A DNA stretch of 64,000 nt from Trueperaceae bacterium (GTDB lineage Bacteria; Deinococcota; Deinococci; Deinococcales; Trueperaceae), in NCBI GenBank assembly GCA_965215565.1, contig CBDCDZ010000004.1:96001-160000 (forward strand), given 5' to 3'. Positions 1 through 9,923 of this stretch are shown here, one piece after another. Within the stretch, counting starts at the first letter, position 1. Each line of letters starts with the position of its first letter. Both the position numbers and the translations under genes were made by a program. Below the pieces are notes generated by a model that had not been told where the DNA came from, did not search any database, and worked only from the letters and a program-made list of their open reading frames with translations.

Positions 1-864
1 GGACGCTACCGCTTTCGCGCACAGGCTTTTGCCGCAGCCCTGGACGCCTAAAAGCAGCACGCCTTTGGGAAAGGTCAGCCCGAACTGGGCGGCGCGTTCG
101 GGCTCCAGGAGGATTTTGCGCCGCTTTTCTAACCAGGCTTTGAGCCCCTCTAAGCCCGCCAGTTCCACTACGTTTTCTTCGGCAGGGTAGTATTCCAAAA
201 GCCCGTCTCGGCCGAGGATGCCCCGCTTCGCTGCGATGACCCGTTCCGTGTCGGCGGGGCTCAGCATGTTGTCCTCGACCATGACCTTGGTGAGTACCTT
301 TTCCGCCTCTAAGAGCGTCAGCCCTTTGAGGTGGCCCACGAGCTGGTCAAGCTCGCGCTGCGTCATGTGGACCTCAACGTGAATGTGCTTTTTGAGATCG
401 CGGTAGACGTGCGTGACGAGGTCGCGGTATTCGCTCAGGTTGGGGAGCGGTAAGGACAGGGTAGCGCTCATCTCTCTTAACGGAGTAGGCACCTCCAGTT
501 CAGCGCCTGTCACGATGATCGCGCCGTCACGCCGCCCAAACGCCCAGACTGCGTCTTTGAGCTTCGTCGCGACCACGCGGTCCTCTAAGTCCGCCCCCAA
601 TCCCTGAAAGTTGTAGAGCGCCGAGCGCTGCAAGCGCTCTACCTCGCCCAGCGCGGCAACGGGCGCGAGGGTGTCGCGCGACATCGCAAGTTGAAAGGGC
701 TCGCGCAGTCCCTTCGTGCGCGTCCAGGTGTAAAAGGGGAGGCGCAAGCGCTCCGCAAGCTGCGCGAGGAGCGTTTCGGCGCGCCCTTTTTCAGTAGTTT
801 CTAGGAAGATAAGGGGGTAGCGTGAGCGCACAAGCAGCTCTAAATCGCTTAAAATCGTCGCCAC
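1..864 (-). CDS. Ycf46-like AAA+ ATPase (5' part; runs off window)
   Basis: Manual translation from GTG at 864: VATILSDLELLVRSRYPLIFLET... reaching Walker A VLLLGVQGCGKSLCAKAVAS at the window edge; absent from the ORF track because it is open-ended. Confidence 0.85.
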   Translation of the reverse strand, partial: MATILSDLELLVRSRYPLIFLETTEKGRAETLLAQLAERLRLPFYTWTRTKGLREPFQLAMSRDTLAPVAALGEVERLQRSALYNFQGLGADLEDRVVATKLKDAVWAFGRRDGAIIVTGAELEVPTPLREMSATLSLPLPNLSEYRDLVTHVYRDLKKHIHVEVHMTQRELDQLVGHLKGLTLLEAEKVLTKVMVEDNMLSPADTERVIAAKRGILGRDGLLEYYPAEENVVELAGLEGLKAWLEKRRKILLEPERAAQFGLTFPKGVLLLGVQGCGKSLCAKAVAS

Positions 865-956
865 AGTTAAGCGAGCGTAGCACCTGGCGGACGCCCAGGC
901 GGTGGAATAGTTCTCGAGCCTAACCCCGCCCCCAACCCTGCTATGTCCGACTCCAG

Positions 957-1067
957 TAGCAGGTATCATCTGGTTTGAGACACGCCCACTAGATAAAACG
1001 ACGTCTAGCGCGCACATTCGATGATGATACCTGCGCTCATCCGCCTCAGTATGTCTTGGAACTGCTA
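957..1067 (+). mobile_element. MITE-like repeat family A, minimal copy (111 bp)
   Basis: TAGCAGGTATCATCTGG...GATGATACCTGCG...GGAACTGCTA; terminal inverted repeat TAGCAG/CTGCTA; homologous copies elsewhere in window. Confidence 0.8.
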
Positions 1068-1146
1068 CAGCAAGCGTTTTGGAGCGATTGGCATGTGGTG
1101 AGCCAATCGCTCCAAAACGCTTCTCCTATCTCAAGCGCTCTGAGCG

Positions 1147-1953
1147 CTACTTCACCGCGCCCATCGTGATCCCGCTGACGAAGTGTCGCCGGATAAAGAG
1201 CGACAGGACAAAGATAGGCACCATGATGAGAAGCCCCGTCGCTGACATCAACTCCCACTGTACGCCTTGCGACGTCTGCGTCGCCAAGAGCCCGACTTGC
1301 AGCGTCTCGGCGTTGTCGCTGTTCGTCATGATGAGTGCAAACAAAAACTCGTTCCAGGCGAGGATGAAGGAGAACGCCGCCGCCACGATGACGCCGGGGG
1401 CGATGAGCGGAAAGGTCACGTACTGCAAAATTTGAAAGATGTTGCAGCCATCCACCGTCGCCGCTTCTTCAATCTCCACGGGTTGCGCGTCCACAAAACC
1501 CTTGATGAGCCAAATCGCGTAGGGGAGCACCAGCGACAAGTTGACGATGATGAGCGCCCAGGGCGTATCGAGTAGGTTGATGTTGCGAAAGAGCGTGAAG
1601 AAGGGAATACCTACGACCACGGGCGGCACGAACTGGGTGGCGAGTACCCACACCAATAAAAAGGTGCTGAAGCGGAAGCGGTAACGTGAGAAGACGTACG
1701 CGGCTGCCACCGCTAAAGGGATGGCAATAATGATCGTCCCGAGCGAAATGATAAAACTGTTACGCAGGAGCGGACCGAAGTTAAAGGGGTTGGCGAAGAT
1801 CTCGACGAAATTTTGCAGTGTGGGCTGGAAGAACACGTTGAGTGTAAAGACTGCCTGCTCCCGCTTAAAAGCGGTAATTGTAATCCAGAAGATAGGCACG
1901 ATGATGTAAAGCAAGATGAGGGCGCGCCCGACGTTCTCGAGAAGTTTAGACAT
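1147..1953 (-). CDS. Carbohydrate ABC transporter permease (MalG-type)
   Basis: Hydrophobic, EAA loop EIEEAATVDGC, AWNEFLFA motif. Confidence 0.93.
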   Translation of the reverse strand: MSKLLENVGRALILLYIIVPIFWITITAFKREQAVFTLNVFFQPTLQNFVEIFANPFNFGPLLRNSFIISLGTIIIAIPLAVAAAYVFSRYRFRFSTFLLVWVLATQFVPPVVVGIPFFTLFRNINLLDTPWALIIVNLSLVLPYAIWLIKGFVDAQPVEIEEAATVDGCNIFQILQYVTFPLIAPGVIVAAAFSFILAWNEFLFALIMTNSDNAETLQVGLLATQTSQGVQWELMSATGLLIMVPIFVLSLFIRRHFVSGITMGAVK

Positions 1954-1963
1954 GATGCCCCTC

Positions 1964-2867
1964 TCAGTTCTGCCGCTGCAAGACGAGATAGACGTAAGCG
2001 AACGCGAAAATAGACATGAGAATCACCAGAATCCAAGCAAGCGCCGAGGCGTAGCCCATATCGAGGTTGCGAAAGGCGTTCTGGTAGACATAGTAGTTGA
2101 GCGTCTGCGTCGCGCGCCCCGGACCGCCCCCCGTCATGGTGACGACTTGAGCAAAGAGCTTCAAGGAGAAGATCGTTTTAAGTAGCGCAACGATTAAGAT
2201 AACGGGTAAGAGCAGTGGCAAGGTGATCGAGCGGAAGATTTGCAAGCGGTTCGCGCCGTCGATGCGGGCCGCCTCATAGAGGTTTTCAGAGATCGAGCCG
2301 AGCGCGCCGATGAACATGAGCGCGATAAGCGGAGCCCAGCCCCACACCTCCGACATCGCCATCCAGAAGAGCGCCCAGAAGGGCTGCGCGAGCCAGATGA
2401 TACCGTCCAAGAAGGGAAAGAGGGTGCCCACCATCCAGTCATACACGCCGTAGTTCGGATTGAGCATAAAGCGCCAGGAGAAACCCTTGAGCGCAGGGCT
2501 CACCGCGTAGGGAAAGATGAGGAGCACGCGAATCGCGGTGTTGAAGCGGGTCTCGCGCTGCAAGACGAGCGCGAACGCCAAGCCCAGCCCGAGCGAAAAG
2601 GCGACGGAGATGGCAGTGTAGAGGACCGTCACACCCATGCTGTTTAAGAACGCTCCATCCTCGAACGCGCGGAGGTAGTTCTCGAAGCCTACCCACTCGC
2701 CCGGCTCAGGCGAGCGGTTGAGCCGCCACAAGCGGAAGCTCGTCAGAAAGGCGGAGATAAGGGGATACGTCGTCGTCGCTGCAACGACGAGCAGCGCTGG
2801 AACGACCAGCGCTGCGATCGAAAGAGGATTACGCCGCATGGACGGCACCGAGGCTTGCTTGTGTCAT
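1964..2867 (-). CDS. Carbohydrate ABC transporter permease (MalF-type); possible +1 frameshift right after the RBS-linked ATG
   Basis: LYEAARIDGA and TGGGPG motifs; GGGAG-ATG at 2867 is out of frame by 1 nt with the body ORF (1964..2848). Confidence 0.88.
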
Positions 2868-2892
2868 GGCTCCCACCAATCTTGTTTCTCAG

Positions 2893-2958
2893 CAATGCGT
2901 GGCGAGTAGTGAGTGAAATTCAAAGGCTTTAGACTCATTGCTCGTTACTCATTGCTTA
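2893..2958. repeat. Heptamer-based hairpin repeat (copy 1)
   Basis: ...GAGTAGTGAGTGAAA...CTTTAGACTCATTGCTCGTTACTCATTGCTTA, near-identical to 32545-32625. Confidence 0.7.
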
Positions 2959-3000
2959 AGAATTAGTCACCCTGCGGACGCAACCTGCTACGCGCCGACC

Positions 3001-4362
3001 TCAATCATTGTAGTACCCCGCGCGGTCCATCGCCTGTTCGACGTTCGCCGCTGCGTCGTCCAAGGTTGCTTGGGCGTCCGCGCCGTTGGCGATTTCGTTG
3101 ATGGCGACTTCTAAGATGTTTTGCACCTCGAGCCAGTTCGAAATTAAGGGCGTCGAGCGGGCGTTGGAGAGCGTCTCCGCCATCACGCGCTGCAAGCCGT
3201 CGTCAGCTTCGTAGACGTTCGGGTCTTGCAACACCGAGAGGTGCACCGCGACCACCGTGTTGAGGTCCGGCTCGTCGTTGTCGTTGACGACTGCGCGGTC
3301 GAGTTCGGCGCTCGAAATCCACTGGAGGTACTCGTACGCAGCCTCTTTGTTGTCCGACGCGCTGAACATCCCTACCGGCCAGAGGTAGCCGTACGAGGTC
3401 CTGTCGCCCCCCTCCCAGCCGGGCGCAGCCACGAACGCAGTGTTCTCCTGCACTTCGGGCGTCGCAGAGTCCGAGCTGAAGCGGGTGAACATCCACGACC
3501 AGCCTACGAACATCGCGGCGCGCCCTTGCACCATCTCCTGGTTCGCCTCCTGCTCGTTAAAGGCGAGCGAAGCGTCGTCGGTCACGTTGAAGTCCTGTAC
3601 CAAGTCCGCGTAGTAGTTCGCCGCCTCGACGCCCGCCTCATTGTTGAATACGGGGCGCAAGTTCTCGTCAAAGATGTCGCCGCCATTGCCCCAGAGCATC
3701 GAGAAGTAGTTGAAGAGGTTCTGCCCCGCATTGATGCCGTAGTACATAGCGATGGGCTCTAAGTTGGTCTGTTCGCGGATGACTTGCCCCACTTCGACGA
3801 TCTGCTGCCACGTCTGCGGCACCTCTAAGCCCAACTCTTCGAACACGTCGGCGCGGTAGTAGAGCATTTGGGCGTGACCGCGCAGCGGGAAGCCGTAGGT
3901 GGTGTCGGTCCCCATGCGGCTCGAGTCGATATAGGCTTGCGGGTAATCCTCCATCGTCTTGCCCGACTCCGCCATGTACTCGTCTAAGGGCTCGATGAAG
4001 TTCTGCAAGCCGACGCCCCACGAGTCCACCCAAAAGGCGAGGTCATACGTGCCTGTACCCGAGGAGCCCTGGAGCAAAAGCTCATCCTGGAAGTTGCCGA
4101 AGGGCGTGCTGTCCCACTCGACGCTGATGCCTGTAAGCTCCTGAAATTCGCCGCTAGTGCGCTCGATCATGTTGGCTAACTGCGGCGCGGTGGGACAGCA
4201 GCTCAAAATCCGCAGCTCGGTGCCCTCGAAAGGTTTACCCTCCTGGAGCCCGTAGGTTGCCGCCGTCGGCGCTGAACTTGACTCGCCCGTATCTTGCGCC
4301 GAGACCAGCCCAAAAGTGAGCACCAGGAGCGCGGTTAGGGATAATCGACTTGCACATGTCAT
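3001..4362 (-). CDS. Carbohydrate ABC transporter substrate-binding protein
   Basis: Signal peptide, SBP_bac_1-like motifs (YGFPLRGHAQMLYYRADVFEELG); AGGAGG RBS supports ATG at 4362. Confidence 0.92.
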   Translation of the reverse strand: MTCASRLSLTALLVLTFGLVSAQDTGESSSAPTAATYGLQEGKPFEGTELRILSCCPTAPQLANMIERTSGEFQELTGISVEWDSTPFGNFQDELLLQGSSGTGTYDLAFWVDSWGVGLQNFIEPLDEYMAESGKTMEDYPQAYIDSSRMGTDTTYGFPLRGHAQMLYYRADVFEELGLEVPQTWQQIVEVGQVIREQTNLEPIAMYYGINAGQNLFNYFSMLWGNGGDIFDENLRPVFNNEAGVEAANYYADLVQDFNVTDDASLAFNEQEANQEMVQGRAAMFVGWSWMFTRFSSDSATPEVQENTAFVAAPGWEGGDRTSYGYLWPVGMFSASDNKEAAYEYLQWISSAELDRAVVNDNDEPDLNTVVAVHLSVLQDPNVYEADDGLQRVMAETLSNARSTPLISNWLEVQNILEVAINEIANGADAQATLDDAAANVEQAMDRAGYYND

Positions 4363-4649
4363 CTGAGACCTCCTAGTCACAGTCTGGCGTCTCGATAGGA
4401 TGGTTCAACTGGGCTGAGCAGCTACACGACCTTATCCGGTAGCGTCTTATCCAGTAACGTGCTTGTACGTTCGAGACCTCTCGGGACAGATTCCGAGCGG
4501 ACTTGTGAGTGCCGACTGTGAATTATCTCATCCACTAAAGTACCTTTTATCGAGAGGCCTTGTCAATTGTTTGACACGCCTCTTTTTCGTGAGCGACGCA
4601 TTAAATGTAGGCTCGAGCCCACAAAATTCGCCGCCCCAGACCCCCTCTA

Positions 4650-4918
4650 ATACCCTTTCCGGTTAATTCCTAAAGGAATTAACCCGAGTAAAGAGTCTTC
4701 AACCGATGGTAATATCAACGAATAGCCAGTACGAGCCATTTACAACGGCATGATACGCAGTCGCGTGGACCCTAGAACGGGCAAAGCCCGCCCCGTTGGG
4801 GCTAGTTCGCTCCCGCTAGCGGTTGAGGACTCTCTAACGAGCAGAAACAAGTACGGATTCCGATGATAGCGGAATCAACTCTGCAAGAGTTTATGCAGCA
4901 ATCAATCGGAATCCGTAT
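4650..4918 (-). repeat. Structured repeat family B (TACGGATTCCG...CCGGAAA) copy 1
   Basis: Reverse-complement homolog of 48723-49021; several internal hairpins (TTAATTCCTAAAGGAATTAA; GATTCCG...CGGAATC). Confidence 0.75.
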
Positions 4919-5027
4919 AACCCCACTGCTAAGCTAAAAGGGTACGCCTGTAATACCAAAGTGATTTAAGGGTGTCACAACGTGACATCCTTAAACGCTC
5001 GTACCCCCTGCGGGGTGCTCCCACTTG

Positions 5028-5087
5028 ATGAGCGTAACTTCGAACGCCCACACATTGTGACACCCCCTTTTCAGTCTGGTATAAGCT
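5028..5087 (+). promoter_or_regulatory. Conserved promoter-like element shared with the ureA upstream region
   Basis: 46/51 nt identical to reverse complement of 32977-33027, followed by TATAA in both. Confidence 0.6.
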
Positions 5088-5150
5088 ATTCTGAAATGCG
5101 ACGATGAATCTTTACAGCAGTGAGAAATTCGGGTAAAGTCTAGACCTCTT

Positions 5151-5164
5151 TGCATACGTATTCT
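5151..5164. promoter_or_regulatory. Putative LacI-family operator
   Basis: TGCATACGTATTCT: CG-centred imperfect palindrome just upstream of the RBS of an operon that encodes a LacI regulator. Confidence 0.4.
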
Positions 5165-5182
5165 AGCTCGAAAGGAGCGCAC

Positions 5183-5803
5183 GTGGACAGCATCAAAACA
5201 GACCCAGCAACCAGCCCGATGGAGGGGCGCGTCGCCCGCTTCGCTGAGCTTAAAAAGCGCGGCACGCCGCTTATGTTCATCGACAGCATCCTAGAGGGTC
5301 ACCAGCGGATGAACTACGCCCTGATCGGCGACACCGCCAGCGAAAACGACCACTACGATCCCCTCATTACCGCGCCGCACGGCTTCCAAGTCGGCATCGT
5401 CAAGGCGAAGCCGGGCAACGGTCCCGCGTACCACACGCACGACTACGTCGAGGCGTTCATGCCGCTCAAAGGTAAGTGGCGCTTTTATTGGGGCGAAGAG
5501 CCCGACAAGGTGGATGACGACACCATCATCGAAGAGTGGGACCTGATTTCGCTCCCGCCGAAGCTCTGGCGCGGCTTTGAAGTCTTGGACGATACCAATA
5601 ACAGTGGCGCAGAGGGTTGGATTTTGGGCATTTTAGAGGAACACAAGGTCTTTTCAGGTAAAGACCCCTACTGGGCTCCGCAGGTCATCCGCCAAGCCGC
5701 CGAGCAGGGCTTCGACGCGGATGATTCGGGCAAGATGATTAAGCCCAAGCACTACGAGGAGTTGGAGCGCCAAATGCGCGAAAAGTTGGATAGCGACGCT
5801 TGA
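5183..5803 (+). CDS. Cupin-domain protein
   Basis: PGNGPAYHTHDYVEAFMPLKGKW cupin motif 1 and LISLPPKLWRGF motif 2; AAGGAG RBS before GTG. Confidence 0.82.
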   Translation: MDSIKTDPATSPMEGRVARFAELKKRGTPLMFIDSILEGHQRMNYALIGDTASENDHYDPLITAPHGFQVGIVKAKPGNGPAYHTHDYVEAFMPLKGKWRFYWGEEPDKVDDDTIIEEWDLISLPPKLWRGFEVLDDTNNSGAEGWILGILEEHKVFSGKDPYWAPQVIRQAAEQGFDADDSGKMIKPKHYEELERQMREKLDSDA

Positions 5804-6492
5804 GTGACGTGAAACAACCTCTTGTATTACTCCCCGGAACCCTCTGTGACGAACATCTGTGGGCGCATCAGGTGAAGCACTTAGCGGATATAGCGGAGAT
5901 ACATTTTGGCGACCTCTCCAAGAGTTCGTCTGTTGTGAATGTAGCAGGGGATGTTCTAAAGAATGCACCGGATGAATTCGCTCTAGCAGGGCACTCGATG
6001 GGCGCAATTATTGCCTTTGAAATTATGAGGCGAGCGCCGGAGCGCGTCACTAAGCTCGCCATCTTGAGCGGCAACGCGAGAGGTTCGACGCCTGCGAATT
6101 TTGAAACGTGGAACACCTGGGAAGAGATGACGCGCTCGGGGCGTTTTGAAGAGGTCTTAGAGGCGCTGACAAACTGGACGCACCGAGACGATTCACTTCT
6201 CCACTCCGTCATCAAGCTCATGGGACAGCGCGTCGGTGAGGAGGCGTTTTTGAAGCAGTTGGATACGCTGAGGAGCCGCGAAGACCGCCGCGAGATGCTC
6301 CCTGAGATCGAGTGTCCGACGCTGCTCATTGTAGGGCGGAGCGACCCGGCGACGCCCGTCGAACTCCACGAAGAGATCAAAGAGAGGATGCTCCAAGCCG
6401 CGCTCGTCGTGGTTGAAGAGTGTGGGCACTACAGTATGCTCGAGCAACCCGTCACTGTCACTAGCGCGTTGCGGACTTGGTTGGTGAACTAG
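5800..6492 (+). CDS. Alpha/beta hydrolase
   Basis: GHSMG nucleophile elbow, PTLLIVG..D, CGHYS. Confidence 0.9.
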   Translation: MSDVKQPLVLLPGTLCDEHLWAHQVKHLADIAEIHFGDLSKSSSVVNVAGDVLKNAPDEFALAGHSMGAIIAFEIMRRAPERVTKLAILSGNARGSTPANFETWNTWEEMTRSGRFEEVLEALTNWTHRDDSLLHSVIKLMGQRVGEEAFLKQLDTLRSREDRREMLPEIECPTLLIVGRSDPATPVELHEEIKERMLQAALVVVEECGHYSMLEQPVTVTSALRTWLVN

Positions 6493-6507
6493 ATGCGGGT
6501 AAATTGA

Positions 6508-7294
6508 ATGAGACGCAACCTCTTAAAACAAGCCTTCGAACGTGGCGACTCCGTATTGAACGGTTGGCTCCACATCCCCTCGTCTATCAGCGCCGAGGTG
6601 ATGGCGCACGCAGGCTTCGACAGCCTCACGGTGGACATGCAGCATGGGCTCAGCCACTTCGAGAGCGCCGTGCCGATGTTTCAGGCGATTTCGACGACGG
6701 ACACCGTCCCGCTTGGCCCGCGTGCCCTGGAACGAGCCCGGCATCATCATGAAGCTCTTAGACGCGGGCTGTTACGGCGTCATCTGCCCGATGATCAACA
6801 GCGCAGACGAGGCGGCGGCGTTCGTGGGCGCGTGCCGCTATCCACCACACGGCTACAGGAGTTATGGACCGACGCGGGCGTCACTCTATGCGGGGTCAGA
6901 CTACGCCGCAAATGCGAACGAAGAGGTTTTGACCTTGGCGATGATTGAGACAGAGGCAGGGTTGGAGAACCTGGAAGAAATCGTCCAAGTTCCTGGTTTA
7001 GACGCGGTTTACGTTGGCCCGGCGGACTTGAGCCAGAGCTTAGGTGGCAAGCCCGGCGCAGATTTCGAAGAGGGTCCGGTAGTGGAAGCGTTAGAGCGTA
7101 TCGTTAAAGTCGCCCGTGAGCATAACGTCGTCGCTGGACTTCACAATAATTCGACAAAGTACGCAAAAAAGATGATCGACATGGGCTATCAGTTCGTCAC
7201 CGTGGAAACCGACATTCGGCTCTTGTCAGGTGCAGCGAGGAGGATTGTAGGCGAGGTAAAAGTCGAGCAGGAAGCATCAAAAGCAAGCTATTAG
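6508..7294 (+). pseudogene. HpcH/HpaI-family aldolase, split by a +1 frameshift near 6713
   Basis: N-part (GFDSLTVDMQHG) in ORF 6508.., C-part (ARVPWNEPG, MIET, VGPADLS) in ORF ..7294. Confidence 0.85.
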
Positions 7295-7437
7295 CCGCCC
7301 ATAGAAACAGGGAGCAAGAAGATAAGGGCAGTACTGCAAGCACTACGACTTAGCGTCTCAGATATTTCCTGACGAGCTGAAATGCTGACTAGCTAATACC
7401 TGTAAACCATCCAAATTCCATACAAGGAGGAAGGCAG

Positions 7438-8724
7438 ATGAAGTACATCAAAGAAGGCATGAGCGTCGAAGAGCGCGAGACCATCAGTGACGACGTACAG
7501 GAGAAGGTCAAAGGTCTCCTCGCAGACGTTAAGAAGCGCGGCGACGAGGCGGTGCGCGAGTTATCAGACAAGTTCGACAACTACACGCCCGAGAGCTTCC
7601 TCTTGTCGCAAGAGGAGATCGACGAGGCGACGGAACAGGTTTCAGAGGAGGAACTGAACGCCATCAAGTTCTCCTTAGAGCAGGTGCGCACTTTCGCTAA
7701 AGCCCAGCGTGACTCCATCAAAGACATCGAAGTCGAAACGCGCCCCGGCGTTACGCTCGGTCACAAGAACATCCCGATGAACGCGGTGGGCTGCTACATT
7801 CCTGGCGGACGCTACCCGATGATCGCCTCTGCAATCATGAGCATCGCCACGGCGAAAGCGGCGGGTGTAAAGCGCGTGGTGGCGTGTACGCCGCCAAAAG
7901 ACGGCAAACCCTACCCCGCAACCGTCGCGACGATGACCCTAGCCGGAGCCGATGAAATCTACGTCCTTGGCGGTGTCCAGGCGATGGCGGCGATGGCGCT
8001 CGGCACGGAAGCGATTGAGCCTGTGGATTTCCTAGTCGGACCGGGCAACGCCTTTGTCGCGGAGGCGAAGCGGCAGCTTTTCGGCAAAGTGGGCATCGAC
8101 CTCTTAGCAGGACCGACGGAAATTCTCGTCATTGCGGACGAAACCGCCGACGCGGAGATGGTGGCGACTGACCTCTTAGGACAAGCGGAGCACGGGACGA
8201 ACTCGCCCGCCGTCCTCCTGACGAGCAGTGAAGACCTCGCAAACAGCATCCAAGCGGAAATCGACAAGCAGTTAGAAACCCTCCCCACCGCCGAGGTCGC
8301 CGGAAAAGCCTGGCAGGATTACGGGCAGATTATCCTCGTTGATAGCGATGAAGAACTCGTGGAGCAGGCGGACATCCTCGCCTCGGAGCACGTCGAGATT
8401 TTGACCCGCGACCCCGACTACTTCCTAGAGCACATGACCAACTACGGCTCGCTCTTCTTGGGACCGGAAACGAACGTCGCGTACGGCGACAAGACCATCG
8501 GCACGAACCACATCCTACCGACAGGCAAGGCGGCGCGGTATACGGGCGGGCTCTGGGTTGGCAAATATCTCAAGACGGTGACCTACCAAAAGTGCACGCC
8601 CGAAGCGAGCGTAGAAATCGGCGAGAACTGCGCGAAAATCTGCGAAATTGAGGGGTTTGAGGGGCACAAGAAGCAAGCCGAGTTGCGCGTGGAGCGGTAC
8701 GGGAAGGCGCTCGAGAAGGCGTAG
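7438..8724 (+). CDS. Histidinol-dehydrogenase-family NAD dehydrogenase (HisD/HpsN-like paralog)
   Basis: [49 protein letters not shown] motifs; catabolic rather than his-operon context. Confidence 0.88.
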   Translation: MKYIKEGMSVEERETISDDVQEKVKGLLADVKKRGDEAVRELSDKFDNYTPESFLLSQEEIDEATEQVSEEELNAIKFSLEQVRTFAKAQRDSIKDIEVETRPGVTLGHKNIPMNAVGCYIPGGRYPMIASAIMSIATAKAAGVKRVVACTPPKDGKPYPATVATMTLAGADEIYVLGGVQAMAAMALGTEAIEPVDFLVGPGNAFVAEAKRQLFGKVGIDLLAGPTEILVIADETADAEMVATDLLGQAEHGTNSPAVLLTSSEDLANSIQAEIDKQLETLPTAEVAGKAWQDYGQIILVDSDEELVEQADILASEHVEILTRDPDYFLEHMTNYGSLFLGPETNVAYGDKTIGTNHILPTGKAARYTGGLWVGKYLKTVTYQKCTPEASVEIGENCAKICEIEGFEGHKKQAELRVERYGKALEKA

Positions 8725-8736
8725 AGAAAAGAGAAA

Positions 8737-8860
8737 AGGACTGATCGGCTTGCCTGTCGCGCGTGGCGCGCTCCCGCTAGCAGCGAAGCTGAGGACTGAG
8801 AAAGAGATTTTTACTCAGTCCCTCCGCTCTGCGGAAACTTCGTAACAGCACTCAGTCCTT
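8737..8860. repeat. GGACTGAG/CTCAGTCC hairpin repeat family C with inserted modules
   Basis: 8810-8860 is a reverse-complement homolog of 28319-28368. Confidence 0.65.
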
Positions 8861-8873
8861 TCCTCTCATCATC

Positions 8874-9878
8874 ATGAAAAGGCATTCCTCCAAACGCATC
8901 ACCTCAACCGACGTCGCCCGCGCCGCAGGCGTCTCCCAATCCGTCGTCTCACGCGCCTTTGATCCCAACGGCAAAGTGGCTGCGCAGACAAGAACACACG
9001 TTTTAGAGGTTGCCAAACGCTTAGGCTATCAACCTAACATCTACGCCCGCAGCCTCGTCATGCAAAAAGCGAGTATCGTCGGCATCATCGTCGGCAACTT
9101 GGAAAACCCTTTTTACCCGAGCGTCTTGATGCACTTTTCCGAGGCGTTGCAGCGGCAGGGGCGGCAGGTGCTTCTCTTTTCGACGAAGGACGAAGAAGAG
9201 GTTGGCAATGCCCTTCTACAAGCCCTCCAGTACCGAGTAGAAGCTGTGATTGTTACTTCGGTAACGTTGACCTCGAGCATCACTCAAATTCTCGAGAAAA
9301 GTCAAGTTCCCATCTTTCTCTTCAACCGTACATTAGAAAACGCCCCGCTTCCCTCAGTTTCGTGTGACAACGTCGCAGGCGGGCGGCTCGTCGCGGATAC
9401 GTTTTTAGAGGCAGGACATGAACGCTTCACTTTTATCGGCGGTACGCCCAATACTTCAACGAACAGGGATAGAAGACGCGGCTTCTTAGAGCGGTTACAA
9501 GAGGTCGGTGCGCCTTGTATCTCGGTAGAAGGAACATACAGCTACGACTGGGGTTATGAGGCGCTCGAGCAACTCTCAGAATTACCCGACGCTATCTTCT
9601 GCGCGAACGACATCATCGCGTTAGGTGTGCTCGACGCCTTACGTCTGGAAGAGGTGCGCGTGCCCGAAGAGGTTGCCGTCATTGGTTTCGACGACATCGC
9701 TGAGGCGCGGCGTCCTGCCTATTCGCTCACGACGGTTCGGCAGCCTGTGGGGGCGATGATTGAAGCGACGTTAGGGTTATTAGAGAAATCTACGCCTAAA
9801 ACCCAACTGCTAAGAGGTCAGCTCGTTGAGCGGGCTTCCTCGAGACCCGTCAAAGAGGTTGCAGGGGCAGTCCGGTGA
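8874..9878 (+). CDS. LacI-family transcriptional regulator
   Basis: TSTDVARAAGVSQSVVSR HTH; PDAIFCANDIIALG, VIGFDD, LTTVRQP. Confidence 0.95.
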   Translation: MKRHSSKRITSTDVARAAGVSQSVVSRAFDPNGKVAAQTRTHVLEVAKRLGYQPNIYARSLVMQKASIVGIIVGNLENPFYPSVLMHFSEALQRQGRQVLLFSTKDEEEVGNALLQALQYRVEAVIVTSVTLTSSITQILEKSQVPIFLFNRTLENAPLPSVSCDNVAGGRLVADTFLEAGHERFTFIGGTPNTSTNRDRRRGFLERLQEVGAPCISVEGTYSYDWGYEALEQLSELPDAIFCANDIIALGVLDALRLEEVRVPEEVAVIGFDDIAEARRPAYSLTTVRQPVGAMIEATLGLLEKSTPKTQLLRGQLVERASSRPVKEVAGAVR

Positions 9879-9923
9879 GTTCGTTATCCATTCGACTTAA
9901 AAAGGAAAAGAAGAGGTGAAAAC

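Noticed and set aside
7438..8724. Calling this gene biosynthetic hisD
   Set aside because: No other his genes nearby; catabolic context points to a paralog, so no symbol is assigned
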